From contig JBHGNT010000004.1 in assembly GCA_043228905.1 (NCBI GenBank), positions 5,518,001-5,582,000 of the forward strand: DNA of 64,000 nucleotides, read 5' to 3'. The notes under the pieces are model-generated. The model was not told where the DNA came from and ran no database searches. It saw only the letters and a program-made list of their open reading frames with translations. The translations under genes and the position numbers were made by a program. Shown one piece after another: positions 12,628-25,502 of the stretch; positions within the stretch are counted from its first letter, which is position 1, and every line of letters begins with the position of its first letter. The stretch comes from Azolla caroliniana. Taxonomy: Eukaryota > Plantae > Polypodiophyta.

Positions 12628-13947
12628 CACATCTTTAAGTCGCCTTGGAGTCGCCCACGCCTGAATGAAAGAGACCTTCTTCATATCCATGGCGATGCCA
12701 GTGGGCGAGATGATGTAGCCCAGAAATTCGATCAAGGTACGGTCGAACTCGCATTTCTCGCCTTTGGCATAAAGGCCATGCTCGCAAAGTTTGGCAGGAA
12801 CTAATCGGACTTGGCGAGTGTGCTGCTCCATGTTTGGCGAGAAAATGAGAATATCATCGAGGTAAATGACAACAAAATGATCAAGATATTCCCAGAATAT
12901 ATCGTTCATCATATGTTGAAAAAACTGTTGGAGCGTTAGTAAGACCAAAAGGCATTACCTTGTATTCGAAATGCGCATACCGTGTTCGAAATGCGGTTTT
13001 CCATTCATCCCCCAGCTTGATGCATACTAGATTGTACGCTCCACGCAGATCAACTTTGGAGAAGACACACGCAACTCGGAGCTGATCAAGGAGTTCGGGG
13101 ATAAGAGGTAGCGGATAGCGGTTGCGCACAGTGAGTTTGTTGAGACCTCGGTAGTCGACGCATACGCGTAGAGAGTTGTCCTTCTTCTTCACAAATAAAA
13201 TGGGGGCCCTGGCTGGTGACTTAGAAGGTTGAATAAATCCTTTCTCAAGGTTCTCATCAAGATACACACGAAGGGCCTTCAACTCTGGTGCAGACAACGC
13301 ATATAGAGGACCAAAGGGTGGACACGCACCTTCTTGAAGATCAATCAGACAGTCGTAAAGCCGGTGTTCAGGCAAACGATCAACATTACATTTTTCAAAT
13401 ACATCGAAGAAGTGTTGGTATTTGTCGGGAATAACATGGAGTGTGTTAGAAACGGTGCCACAAACAAACCCATCCTGGACCGATGATGGGGTAGTCAAAT
13501 CGGAGTCGACCTTCTCCGGAGGATGGGAAACTGAATTTACCTTCATACTTTTGCACGAGCATCCTGGCTTGCTAAATGTGATCGGGCGGTTGCACCAATC
13601 CACTATTGGATTGTGCGCCTCCAACCACGTTAGTCTTAAGACGATCGGATGTGGAGGAGATGCGATGAGGTAAAAGGCGAGCTCCTCCTGGTGTGAGCCC
13701 ACACGGGAATGGGTTTTGAGAGGCCAACGACAGGTACACCATGTGCTTGGGCAAACGCGATGTCGATGAAGCAAGAAGATGCCCCAGAATCAAGTAAAGC
13801 AACAGACTAAATGGAACTAGAGTTAAATGAAAGACATACCTCCAATGTGAAATTGCCTGATGGCCCGACAATGGAACCAAGAGAATGTGGGCGAGGGGAG
13901 ATGTCCAGTTGCATGGCTCCTACTGCAACCGAACAATGTCGTTTTCC
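12628..13947 (-). pseudogene. Element C pol 5' part (protease and RT)
   Basis: [13 protein letters not shown] in the -1 frame of gag, [15 protein letters not shown]. Disrupted. Confidence 0.9.
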
Positions 13948-14951
13948 GGATGGTGGGGTCCGTTAGCTCGATGGAATTGTGGGCGATTACTCCTAGGACA
14001 ATGGCGAACAGCATGACCGGAGGCGCCACAATACATGCACAAGCCATTAGCCCGCCGAAATTGTCGTTCAACATCAGTCAATGGCCGAAATCGGGCTTGA
14101 TCAATTTCCATGGGGACAAGAGCATCTGCCAAAGAAGGGGAGTGTGACGCAGTCGGTGGGGGGTATGGTTGGGGTTGTATGATCGGGGCGTGTCGTGGAA
14201 GTGAATGAGGTGGAACCCAAGTACGGTGCTCTTCCTGGCGAAATTCGAATAGACAATTGTCACAATGGACTGCTTGTGAAATCGCTTGGGATAACGAGGT
14301 GGGCTCCGGAAAGTTTAAGAGAAGATTCTTGACATTGCTTCGAAGGCCACGCCGAAAGTGATCAACTAAAGCTTGATCATCCCAATTGACGTCGCATGCT
14401 AGTTGTGGAAATTCTGAAGCATAGACCAAAGCTGCAGGCGAACCTTGTTCAAGTGCATAAATCTTGTTAAGAGTTGTACGTCGTCGGTCCGTCTCTCCAA
14501 ATGTGGCCTCTAACTCGGCGAGGAAGGCGGGAAAGTCCTCCAATAGAGGTGAAGAGGTTTCTACCAATGGTGCAAACCATGCTTGGGCCGGACTGGAGAG
14601 AAGGGTGCCCACAAGGCCGACTTGTCGAAGACCATCTCCATAGCGTTGAGGTTGTAGCCGAATGATAAGTTGAACTTGGTTGATGAACCCTTGGAAACGC
14701 AACCTCATTCCATCAAATTTTTCTGGGAGGCTAACCTTAGGCTCAAGAAAATGCAACGAAGCTAGGCTAGATGTTGGTAGAAGATCGGGCTCTAGGCTAG
14801 GTTGCTGTGGGAGACTAGGCTTCGGGGGTTGTGAGGATAGGGAGGCACCTACTTGAAGTTCTTGTAAAGAATTTCGAAGAGCTTCATTTTCAAGCTGGAG
14901 TTGTCGTAAGGCTACCATTATTTGGCCTAACTCACTAGTTGAGTCAGACAT
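13920..14951 (-). CDS. gag: Element C Gag (343 aa)
   Basis: PEKFDG, PMEID, CMYCGASGHAVRHC zinc knuckle. Confidence 0.92.
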   Translation of the reverse strand: MSDSTSELGQIMVALRQLQLENEALRNSLQELQVGASLSSQPPKPSLPQQPSLEPDLLPTSSLASLHFLEPKVSLPEKFDGMRLRFQGFINQVQLIIRLQPQRYGDGLRQVGLVGTLLSSPAQAWFAPLVETSSPLLEDFPAFLAELEATFGETDRRRTTLNKIYALEQGSPAALVYASEFPQLACDVNWDDQALVDHFRRGLRSNVKNLLLNFPEPTSLSQAISQAVHCDNCLFEFRQEEHRTWVPPHSLPRHAPIIQPQPYPPPTASHSPSLADALVPMEIDQARFRPLTDVERQFRRANGLCMYCGASGHAVRHCPRSNRPQFHRANGPHHPENDIVRLQ

Positions 14952-15711
14952 AGCTATGGCTTATGAGAGGGAGAGCTATGAGGATGGGAAGGTGAACAAA
15001 ATGTCACGGATAGATCATAAGCTCAAGAGACAAGAAAGAAGATAGAAAAATGGATGAGTAGTATTAACGGAAAGACTCCATAATTGGTGTTGTTCACCTT
15101 GAATTCCTTCAAGGTGAACTCCTCTATTTATACTACATGGCATGCATACTTGTTGCACGCATGTGAATCTACAATAGAGCATGTAGGTACGCATGCATGT
15201 GCCAAGTGTAAATACTACAAGGGAGCAACTATGCACATGATGCTAGCAAAACAATAAGGACCAATTACATACATAACTGTGTACTAGATATATTGGTTAA
15301 CCCATGATACTATATTATAACATGGTCGTGTCAAGAGTTCGAATCTTGACAGTATGTGTGTGAGAGGAAAAGAGAGAGAGAGAGAGAGATAGACTTATGA
15401 ACAACACAAGATGGGGGATTCAAGTAAGTATATTAAATTAGCATTATCATCATCATATACAAAAATACCCACAATGAGGTATATATACATCTCATGTGCA
15501 AAGGTGCACATGTGTGACTAGAATATAGGTACTAAGGTGTAAGTCCTATATTAAATGTACTTAGGAGTGGAGGATCTAGAATATCCCACTTAAGTACAAG
15601 GTCCTATTTAAGGCGTTATAGTCAACACTGCTAACTAGATTCTATCTAGGTAACTACGAAGTTACATGATTGACTAAATAACTAAACTAAGTTGAGCTTG
15701 ACCTTTCAACA

Positions 15712-18131
15712 TCCTCAACAAACTCCCGAAGATGAGGCCACCAATAGTTTCGAGAAACTAGTGGATTCCGAAGTGTCCAAGCATTGGGTTCTCATGACAA
15801 TATTGCATTACTTGGAGTCGAGACGAACCATTGGGGACATACGAAAGAGTGTTATGAAAAAGTAACCCATTTTGCCATTGAAACTAGTTATAATCTTTAC
15901 AAGGATACTTGGATTTTGAAGAAGACGCACAATCAGAAATGATATGATTCAATACATCTTTAGCAAATTCATCAGAGATTATACCTATTTGGATTGAATC
16001 AAGGAGCCTCAAATCTTCAGGTGCTTTAGAGGCATTAATAGTCAATAGTCGTAACCGATCAGGCCCTAGGATGACTTGTTTTTTATGATCAAATGTGGGC
16101 TCACCTGGTTGTGGCGCCAAATAAGATTGGCATGATAGACCATCTACCTTTCCTTGTTGTAATCCAGGGCGATATGTGATGAGGAAGTCAAAACGAGTGA
16201 GGAATTGTGCCCAACGAGCTTGGTGTTGACTCAAGACTCTAGCATTTTGAAAGCATGTGAGGTTTTTATGATCATTGTAAACAATGATTTGGTGGGGAGA
16301 ACCTTCTTAGAGATGCTTCCATTGTTCAAACGAATCTATAATGGCTAGGAGCTCTTTGTCGTGAATCTCATAATTGATCTCTACAGCTTCGAATTTGCGT
16401 GAATGGAAAGTGATTGGATGTAGCTTTCCATCATCTCCAACCTGCAACAAGATACTTCCTAGTGCAAAATCAGACTCATCCGCCTCAATGATAATTTCTA
16501 GGTCAGCATGAAGTAGAACAGGAGTAGAAGTGAATGCTCTCTTTAGGTTTTCAAAAGCTTTGGCTGCATTGGAACTCCATGTGAACGACTTGTTCTTTCG
16601 TGTAAGCTCCGTGAGAGGCATCACAATGTTTGAGTAGTCCTTGATAAATTTGCGGTAAAAGTTCACAAATCCTAAGAAACATTGAACATCACGTACAAAG
16701 TGAGATGTTTCCCAGTTTAGAACTGTCTGCACCTTGGATGGATCTAGAGATATACCTTGTTGTGAAACCACATACCGTAGAAACTCCACGTGGTTTTGAT
16801 CAAAGCTACATTTCTCGAGTTTGGCATAGAGCCCATATTCTCGTAAGCGTTGGAGGACTTGGCGGACATGTGTGTCATGCTCTTCTTGACTTTTCGAGTA
16901 GCAAGATGTCATCAAGATATACTATGGTAATTAAATCCAAGTCGCACAAAAAATCATTCGCCATGTGTTGAAAAACTGTAGGCGCATTCATGAGACCAAA
17001 AGGCATAACCGTGTGCTCGAAATGTTCGTATCGAGTACGGAATGTTGTCTTCCATTTGTCTCCTAGACGTATTCGAACAAGGTTATATGCACCTCGAAGG
17101 TCTAGCTTTGTGAAAACTTTAGCTCCACTAAGACGCTCTAGTAAACTTGAGATCAAGGGTAGAGCATATCTATTTCGAACTGTGATTTTGTTTAAACCTC
17201 GATAATCCACGACCAATCGTAAAGACCCATCTTTCTTCTTGACAAAGAAGATGGGTGCACCAATAGGGATTTTAGAATGTCGAATGAATCCATTTGCTTA
17301 GTGCTCATCTATATACTTTCGAAGGTCATTGAGTTCAAAAGGTGATAGATTATATATTGGGGCCCATGGTGGCTCTTTCCTAGCTTGTAAATTGATCAGA
17401 CAATCATAAGGATGATGGTCTGGAAGAGAACTAGCTTTAGTTTTATTGAAGATGTCTTCAAAATCCAAGTACTTAGTAGGGAGGTGAGTACATGCCCCTT
17501 GTGAATTAGAGGATGGATTTGTTGTTACTGCAAAGACAAACATTTCATTTGTCCACCCGTCTTCTCGTAAGTTTTGTAGAGATATGGGCGAGATTTGGTG
17601 AGGTTTTGAATCTTGCTTGGTAGTAACAAGGTTGTTGCCCGGTTGTTGGATTCAAGTTTCTACTGGAAATCATTGATTGCTCAATTTCTCTAGTAAATTT
17701 TAGGATTATGAAGCTCAAACCAAGGCACCAAGGATAACTGGATGTTCATGGCTACTAATTATATTGAAGGAAATCACACAAGCAAAGCTACCAAGGACTA
17801 CTCGAATTGGCTCAGATTCTTCGACTATATCCCTAGATGTAATAGGGTGACCATCAATGACTACAACAGATGCAAGACAAGGGAGGTTTCTCAATAGGAT
17901 TTTTTGGAATAAAGGAAATTCTTTGTCCATAAAACAAGAGTTGGCTCCTGAATCTAAGAGAGCAGAGGCAAGAACTCGATGACACCAAGAAGTGTTAAGC
18001 TCAACTTGTGCTGAAAAAACTCTGCTAGCATGACTAGCATGATTCGATAAAATGGAATCACTACTTGGGGTTGACTTTATGTATTCTGGTTTGTCCAACC
18101 AAATGGCTCCGATTTTATTAGACTTATTCAT
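15712..18131 (-). pseudogene. Element A pol (PR, RT, RNase H, start of integrase)
   Basis: LLDSGANSCF, YLDD, EADESDF. Many stops and frameshifts. Confidence 0.9.
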
Positions 18132-19249
18132 TTAATATTTCATCAACCTGACTCAAGACCTCAAAACTATTGGATTGGCCTAGACATGTGGGGCTACTAG
18201 GGATAGATGGTCTAACTTGGGAATTGGAATTAAGTTTCTTACTTGATTTACTTGTCGTTTTGGCCTATGTGGGCAGGTGATTGCTATGTGTCCCGGACCA
18301 CCACAATACAAACATAGACGGTTTGCTCGACATTGTTACTTCTCAGCTTTAGACAAAGGCCCTCGACGACGTGTTACATCGATCTCCATCGGACTTGAAC
18401 CACTTATGGAATCATGTGTGAAGTTTGGGTAGTGCTCGTAGGTGTCCAGGCTACTACTGAAGCATATTTTTGATCCATTATTGGTCGTGACATTAGTTGA
18501 CATTCTAAACGTCGCTCGAATAAGCGATTGTCACATTGCACTACACGACTTATTGCTTCTATAAGAGATCTTGGATCTTCGTGGAAAGTTAATAACAAAT
18601 CTTTTACATAATTTCGTAGTCCATGGCGAAACTGATCCATTAATGCTTCTTCATCCCATGGAATATCCCAAGCTAAGAGGCGGAAATCTGTGGCGTAAGT
18701 GGAGGCGAGACAATCCCCTTGATGCAGTCTTCGAATTTTATTGATCGTCATTCTAACACTATCAGTGTCTCTAAAGTTTGCTTGAAATTCTTTAATAAAA
18801 CCTTCAAAGTCTTGAAGGAGGGGAGATTTCTTTTCTAACAGTGGTGCAAACCATGCTAATGTCATTCTTGTTAAGAGGGTTCCTACTAGTGCAACTCGAG
18901 TTGTATCGGTTGGATATCTATTAGGATGCATATGAATTACTAGACGCACCTGATTTAGAAATCCTCGAAATTGTGATCGATTACCATCGAACTTCCCAGG
19001 CAAACAAATCTTTGATTCTTTGGGAGAGCTTTCTCACATCAAAGCTTGTTGATGAAGAAACCGCAATGTTGTTTCGAGTTGCAATACACGTGTTGATAAC
19101 TCGTCATATTGTTGCGCCCTTTCGATGCTTACTTGTTGTAAATCTCCAAGCAATCGTTGATTCTCTTGCTCTAGAGCCAGAAACTTATTTGTGAGATGCT
19201 CGAGCTCAGAGACGACTCAGACATACTCTTGCTTGCTAACGGACTCCAT
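18124..19249 (-). pseudogene. Element A gag, disrupted
   Basis: KFDGNRSQFRGFLNQVRLVI, homologous to B gag. Zinc knuckle CLYCGGPGH near 18290-18320. Confidence 0.88.
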
Positions 19250-19940
19250 GGCGCCGATAACGCTTAATAGGATTCTCAAGAAAAAGAAGGAAAGAAGAGA
19301 GAGAGGAGAGAGAGAAAGAGAGGAGATATTCTGGTTCAAACTATCAAGGCCCTAGCTTGACAAAAGAAGATTGAACAAGAGAGGAAAGGAAAGAGAGAAC
19401 AATGACTATATTTTATTATAATAGGAAAATATACAAGAGCAAGAACTAGAATATTTGCCAAAGACTGGTGTTGAACAAGAATGGTTCTAACAACACAATA
19501 TGTCCTATTTGTTGAGTGAGCAAGCTCAACCGGATCCGGATTAGTTGAATAAGCCAGAGCCGGATCGGTATCCGGATGATATCCGGAAACAAGAGCTGGA
19601 TCGGTATCCGGATACAACCGGCTTGATCAGAGAGCCGGATTTGAGTGCGTACCGGAAGCCTAGTAGTAGCCTAGAGCCCATTGAAGTACGTAGGAATATT
19701 GAAGTACCTGTCAGTACTTCTGTCAGTCCTTTATGAACTTATATAAAAGTGCTCTCTGAACACATTCTATGTACGCAGAGTATTGTCATTTATTTTGAAT
19801 TAAGTTTATGTTCTACTCTCTCTCTCTCTATGTGTGTGTGTCTCTCCCACGCATATTCTCCATGTGAAATTCTCCATTAAACCTTTTCTCATTTTTTGTT
19901 GCTATCCGGCTAAGCCGGTTTGTCTAACGCTTCCGCACAC

Positions 19941-21005
19941 TGTCGTGAAGATCCGTCACTAGGCGAGGATCGCGAGGCGGAACCGCCGGTGTTCTAGACC
20001 GGAAGGACTCGAAGTTTGCACAAGATTTAGCGAGAAAGGAATTGAGATAGATTGAAAGAGAGAGAGAGATTGAGATAAGATAGAACGCTTGATTTAGATT
20101 GAGAGAGATTAAGATTGAATTCTTGACTTTAGATTTTAAGAACAAGGTATATCATCACAAGGATAACGAATTTTCTTCTTCTTAATTTCATAACCAAAAG
20201 AGCCTAACCCTTCTTCTTTTGCATCCCTTCTTTTATAGATGCTCAAGACATGCATAAAATGCATGTTTGCCATTTGGCGCTCATGTATTACATGTGGTGC
20301 ATGATAACCATGTCACTCATTTTAGCTCTCATGTATGTGAATTTACATGTAAAAGTACAATGAAAGAAATATAAATTCAACTAAATGTCATGGCTTAGTG
20401 GTAAGCCTACTAACTCTTAACTAGGAGGTGCAAGGTTTGAATCCTTTCTTGCCCTCCTTGTATAGATATATGTGATATATATTTATTTATTTATTTATTT
20501 GGTTGCCGGATGGCATTGCCGCCAGATATCGGATGCCGGATACCGATACCACCGGATCACCGGCTCCGTCGGATGCCAATACCGCCGGATCACCGATCGC
20601 CGGTTACCATCCAGTTCCGTTTTGGTTGGCCAAAACCTTTACGAGTGGCTAGGCCACCTCCACTCTTAGTTCAAGTTACCTTGAACTCTCTATGCCCCAC
20701 ACATAGACATAAAGATAATAACTTTTGCTCTACCTTATATATGGTGAGAACCTTATTCGTCCTATCTATGTGAGATATCTAACAATTTTCTCTTTTTCTT
20801 TCGCAACTTTTTACCCACATAAGTTGACACTTAGATGTTCGTTTTTTATGTAGTAAAGTGCATCTCTTCAAGATCTTCGTCTTTTGTACTAAGATATTAA
20901 ACTTACTTAGAATTAGTATATTCACTATTATTGTTTTATATGATTGACACTTGATTTCATACGTCTTATGTGATTTTCACACCATTGTCGAAAATCTTCA
21001 CGACA
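19941..21005 (-). mobile_element. Element G: solo LTR (1065 bp) inside the F LTR
   Basis: 11-bp terminal inverted repeat TGTCGTGAAGA/TCTTCACGACA. Flanks ACAC/ACGC (imperfect 4-bp TSD). Same family as 63078-63242. Orientation inferred from TATA position and CT-rich tract. Confidence 0.85.
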
Positions 21006-21020
21006 ACGCTAACTTTCACA

Positions 21021-21032
21021 TGGTATCAGAGC
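21021..21032 (+). promoter_or_regulatory. PBS (tRNA-iMet) of Copia F
   Basis: TGGTATCAGAGC directly after the LTR end CA. Confidence 0.95.
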
Positions 21033-22589
21033 GCGAGGGTTGAGAACCTCTGCAACCGGCAAACGCTTTCGAAGACAAACCCTAATAACCGGTAACAACA
21101 GATAGAGAAAGGTATGGACAGAGGTATGGTGAGTTCATTTCTAACAGAGAAGCACGACCGGAGTAACTATGCGTCCTGGTCATATAAAATGCACCAGTAC
21201 TTGTTGGGGCATGGTTATTGGAGCTACGTGGAAGGAACTAACGAGATAGCACTGAAGCCGACACACAATGACTTCCTGGTATGGGAGCAAGGAGTGAGCC
21301 GAGTATTGTACTGCCTCGCGTCCTGTGTGCACGATCAGATGCTCGACTACATAAAGGATGTAAAGATGACGAAGGAGGCTTGGGAAAATCTACGAAAGAT
21401 TTTCGCCACGAATACCACATCCCGTAAGTTGCAGCTCCGGCAAGAGTTACGAATTACACCACCAAAATAAAGGAAATTTGTGACACACTCGGGTCCATCA
21501 ACGTGACGGTGGACGAAGATGAGATAATACAAATCTGCCTCGGTGGTCTAGCGCGAAGGTACGGGCCAATCCGGATAGCGATTTGCACCAGGGAGAAGCC
21601 ATCGTCATTCTTCGACTTGCAATCAATGCTCATGATCGAAGAAAACCACGCGAGTGGGTCCAGGACCACTTAATCGGATGGCCGGATGTTGTACACGGAG
21701 ACAGATCGGCCCCATGGACGTGGTGGGTCGATAGCAATGGAGGCGGCCGGCAAGAGTAGAACCGAAGGCACAGAGGTAGTGCCGACAGCAGTTCCAGACC
21801 CTCCACAAGCAAGGGGAGTCAAAGCGGCCCCGGAAGCTGGCAAGGAAAAGCCGACACGAAATGCTGGTATTGTGGCAAAAAACGCCACAGGGAAAGCGAG
21901 TGCTAGAAGAAGCACGCCAATTCGGACAAATCCAGATCCGACAAGGTCGGTCGGGAAAACCTGCAAAGCTCACACTACGCAGAAGGATCGGAAGGATCCA
22001 AAACCGGGAAGCCCGACAAAGGGCCATCCTTCGTGATGAAGCACAAGGCTAACTCGATGAAGAAGACTACTTCCAAATCGGAGGAAGTATGGTATGTTGA
22101 TTCTGGAGCGTCAAACCACATGACGAGCCATGAAGAGTGGTTCTCCTTTTTGGAAAAACCGGAACAACCGGGGATTGTCGAAACCGGAGACGACACCCCT
22201 CACCCGATTGTGCATGTCAGAGAAGTAACACGTCCGCGCTCACAAGTGGAAGGATCACGCATTCCATTTGTAGAATCTTCTTGAAAATATCCAAATATAC
22301 CCTCTCTACAAAAATTGGATGCACTAGTATCACATGTTCCACAACTTTATTAGAATTTGCAAATATAAAAATACATGATAGGTCTACGAGTGGAGATCTT
22401 TTGAAATTCAAATAAGTTTGGATGTGTTGATAAGTTAATGTAGGCATAATAAAGTTCAACAATGGCTCAATATCTCACTAATGTGCAACATGGGAAACAC
22501 TAAGTTAAAGACTTATATTAATTTGGTAAGTTTTACAAAAATATGAGGTGTACTTGTAACCATACTAATAAAATGAGTTATAATTTATA

Positions 22590-22880
22590 CTTTGACCCAT
22601 ACTCGCATGTATATAATTGTGGACAATGTAGGATAGTGAACTTTAGGATAATGTGATTGGAATAACAAACTTATTAAGGTATTTAATACTTGTATTTAAA
22701 GTTGATCTAATCTATTCCTCAATTTGTTCTCATGGGATCAAACCATATGTATATAATTGTGGACAATGTAAGACAGTGAACTTTAGGATAATGTGATGGA
22801 AATAACAAACCTATTAAGGTTTTCAATACTTTTATTTAAAATAGATCTAATCTATTCCTTAGGTGATTCACATGGGATCA
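22590..22880. repeat. Tandem duplication of a ~140-bp unit
   Basis: ATGTATATAATTGTGGACAATGTA...CATGGGATCAAA present twice. Confidence 0.85.
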
Positions 22881-25396
22881 AACTCTGAACGATAATGCTA
22901 GTGGAACTACAAGCGTATAAAAACATGTGGATAACTCTAGTGGAACCATTATCAACACACTACACAATCTAAGCAGCAATGGAAGAGAAACATAATAGTT
23001 TTAACAATAGAAGACAAAGATCCATAATATATGGACTGTTATATATTAGACACAGAATGACAATTCAACAATTGATCACAAATAACAACATGGACAGTCA
23101 TGGCAACAATTCTACGAGCATGTTATGTTAAGGTAAAGTTTGACCAAAATCAGCATTAATTTAAACTAATTCATGTTTCTCCATATTGGTAGTCAACAAT
23201 GCACGCGGTGAAACCAATGTCATAAGTCAACAAACCAAGTATATAGAAATAAAATTGAAACATATAGAAGATTATAAAGAATGGAATACATCAAGTAAAA
23301 CCCAAAATTTGTATTAGTAATGTGAATTCCAAACAATACATTTCGTGAACAAAAGAGTCTATTACATAGCAATCAAATCGTCAATGTCATTTTCTTCTTC
23401 ATCTCTTATAGAAGTCTCTTCGGCTATATGTGCATTGTCTTCCCCTGTTAGCCAAGCCAACGAAATATCTTCTATAAGCTCATCATCAAGCTCTATTAGC
23501 TCCCCTAGTTCCCCGGCTAACGGAGGAATAGGCTCTCGCGAAGCAGGTTGAAACCTTTCGGTATCAATGAGGTTCTTTGCACCGACCTCCTCGTCCTGGT
23601 CTGGGCACTTCCACAAAGCCTTAATCCTCATGTTAATAAATATAACTTGCTCCTTGTCCATCTCCAATGCAATTGTGTTTCTAAAGAGCTTCAATGCACA
23701 TGCAAATGTTGTCCATGTGAAGAAAGCAACAAGAAGAATTAGTTTTCAAACAAAAAAGAATCAGTACTGATTATCTCAAGATCGTTAACCTTGTTCGAGG
23801 AATACCTGTGCCAGAAAAGAGGTCTAATATCCAATCTCCTTCTACAAAAAACTTCTCAATCAAGCGCATCATAAGTCGTTGAGGTTTTTGGTATGGGTTG
23901 ACAAGTCCCTGTTCTGTCGTGGTGACATGTCACAATTTTCGTGTCATTGCTGGATATACCAACAGATTTGAACCTCCGACTTCATTAGAATGCTCCTTGA
24001 TTCTTTGTTTCTTTATTTCATCGAAGTAGCCAACTGTAATGTATTCAATGGCATTTACGAACCGAAACGTTGGCCCTCTATTGACATTGGTTTTTATCCT
24101 ATAACAAATATTGCATCGAGTTAAGAATAGATTGAACAATCTTAAGAAAGGCAATATAGTGAATGAGACTTATAAATAATCCTTACCATGCAAGGTTCTC
24201 GATGCCATGGCAACGAGATCTCAAAGCTTGAGCTACCGAGTACCCTTGGTCCATACTATGAAAGACAACTATCCTCCACAAGGATGCAATCGTTAGCTCA
24301 GCAAAATCCTTGACCATCTTCTCCAACTGTTTAAACCTAAAAGGTTCATCGTCGTATGATGACCCTACCATTCGAAATCCATATGGAATATCAGCAATCA
24401 TTAGCGTATATTCCTTCTTTGCACTTTTTGGATCATGTCAACGACATCGCCGCAAATCACTTTGTAGTAAATATCTCTCGTAATGTCCTTTTTGTGGCTA
24501 AATTTTTTGAAGGAGCCATCTTCCTCAATTTCGTACGCCTTGACTAAGCGACGATCCTTTTCTTTTCTGGCTCTCTCGAGATGTGCAAGGAAGGTTGTCG
24601 GGAAATCGCGTATATCCTTAATTTCTCCTTGTTTCTTGTCACGACACAGTTTCTAATAGAAGCAATAAGGCATCAAGTATTATTACACAACCTCTACATA
24701 TGAGGAAATCTTAATGAAAAACACCAATACTAACCTAATCCTTGAATGCAATAAAATACTCGGATAACGCCTTATATGAAGACGTTAGAGAATAATCCTC
24801 GGTCACTTGTTCCCAAGTTATACATCCAAGTTGTTTCATCATAACTTCTTGGATCTTCATGTACACCTTATGACTGTGAAATTAGAAAGCGAGATTAGAA
24901 CTTTCAATTGCACCATATTGAATTCAATATCACTATTTGAAAGAATTACTTATTGAACTCAGTGACCATTTCTTCAAAGCTTAAATCTTTCGCCACAACC
25001 CTTGACAAAACAGACACAAGAAGGTGCTCGTCCTTAATACCTTGCATCGCTCTCCATAGAGACAGCTTCATGTCGTCAACTGCTTCTTCAATTGTCAAAT
25101 CAATTTTCTTGGCCGCTTGTGACTTTAATTCTAGTTGAGGGTCTACCTTACATTTCTTTTGTCGTTGACCCTTGACCTCCTTATTCTCCCACATTGAGAA
25201 GATTTGATCTTGTAGGTTCCATACTTCTCCATCTCTAAAGGCAAGTTGAAACCAAGACTCATATTTCCGAAGACCATCCGACTTAACTTTATCATCCACC
25301 ACAATGCTGACCTCATGAAGGTATTGACATCGTAGGCCGGCGTGTAGCTTCACACCAAACTTTTGTTTGACGTCCAGGTATTCATGGTGGAAGAAC

Positions 25397-25452
25397 TGTA
25401 AAAACGAAGGTGCGGAAGTGTTAGACAACCGGCTTAGCCGGATAGCAACACA

Positions 25453-25502
<50 letters not shown>

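Larger units (their letters stand above)
4547..15351 (-). mobile_element. Element C: full-length chromodomain Gypsy (Tcn1/sushi-like)
   Basis: 350-bp LTRs 4547-4896 and 15002-15351 with about 5 differences. TSD GTATG both sides. PPT 4897-4909. Confidence 0.95.
4455..15711 (-). mobile_element. Element E: Copia-type solo LTR (4455-4546 plus 15352-15711) split by element C
   Basis: TGTT...AACA ends. Minus-strand start TGTTGAAAGGTCAAGCTCAAC matches other Copia LTR starts in the window. Removal restores A integrase (FVEDYVRT). TSD not clean. Confidence 0.75.
2798..19509 (-). mobile_element. Element A: chromodomain Gypsy (Tcn1-like), degenerate, hosting E, C and B
   Basis: 3' LTR 2798-3234 with PPT at 3235-3247. 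Matching 5' LTR starts at 19342 and is cut at 19509 by Copia F. gag-PR-RT-RH-INT-chromodomain order on the minus strand. Confidence 0.9.

Noticed and set aside
20385-20460. Functional tRNA-Lys gene
   Set aside because: No convincing acceptor stem and a mutated T-loop inside an LTR. Kept only as a tRNA-like cassette.
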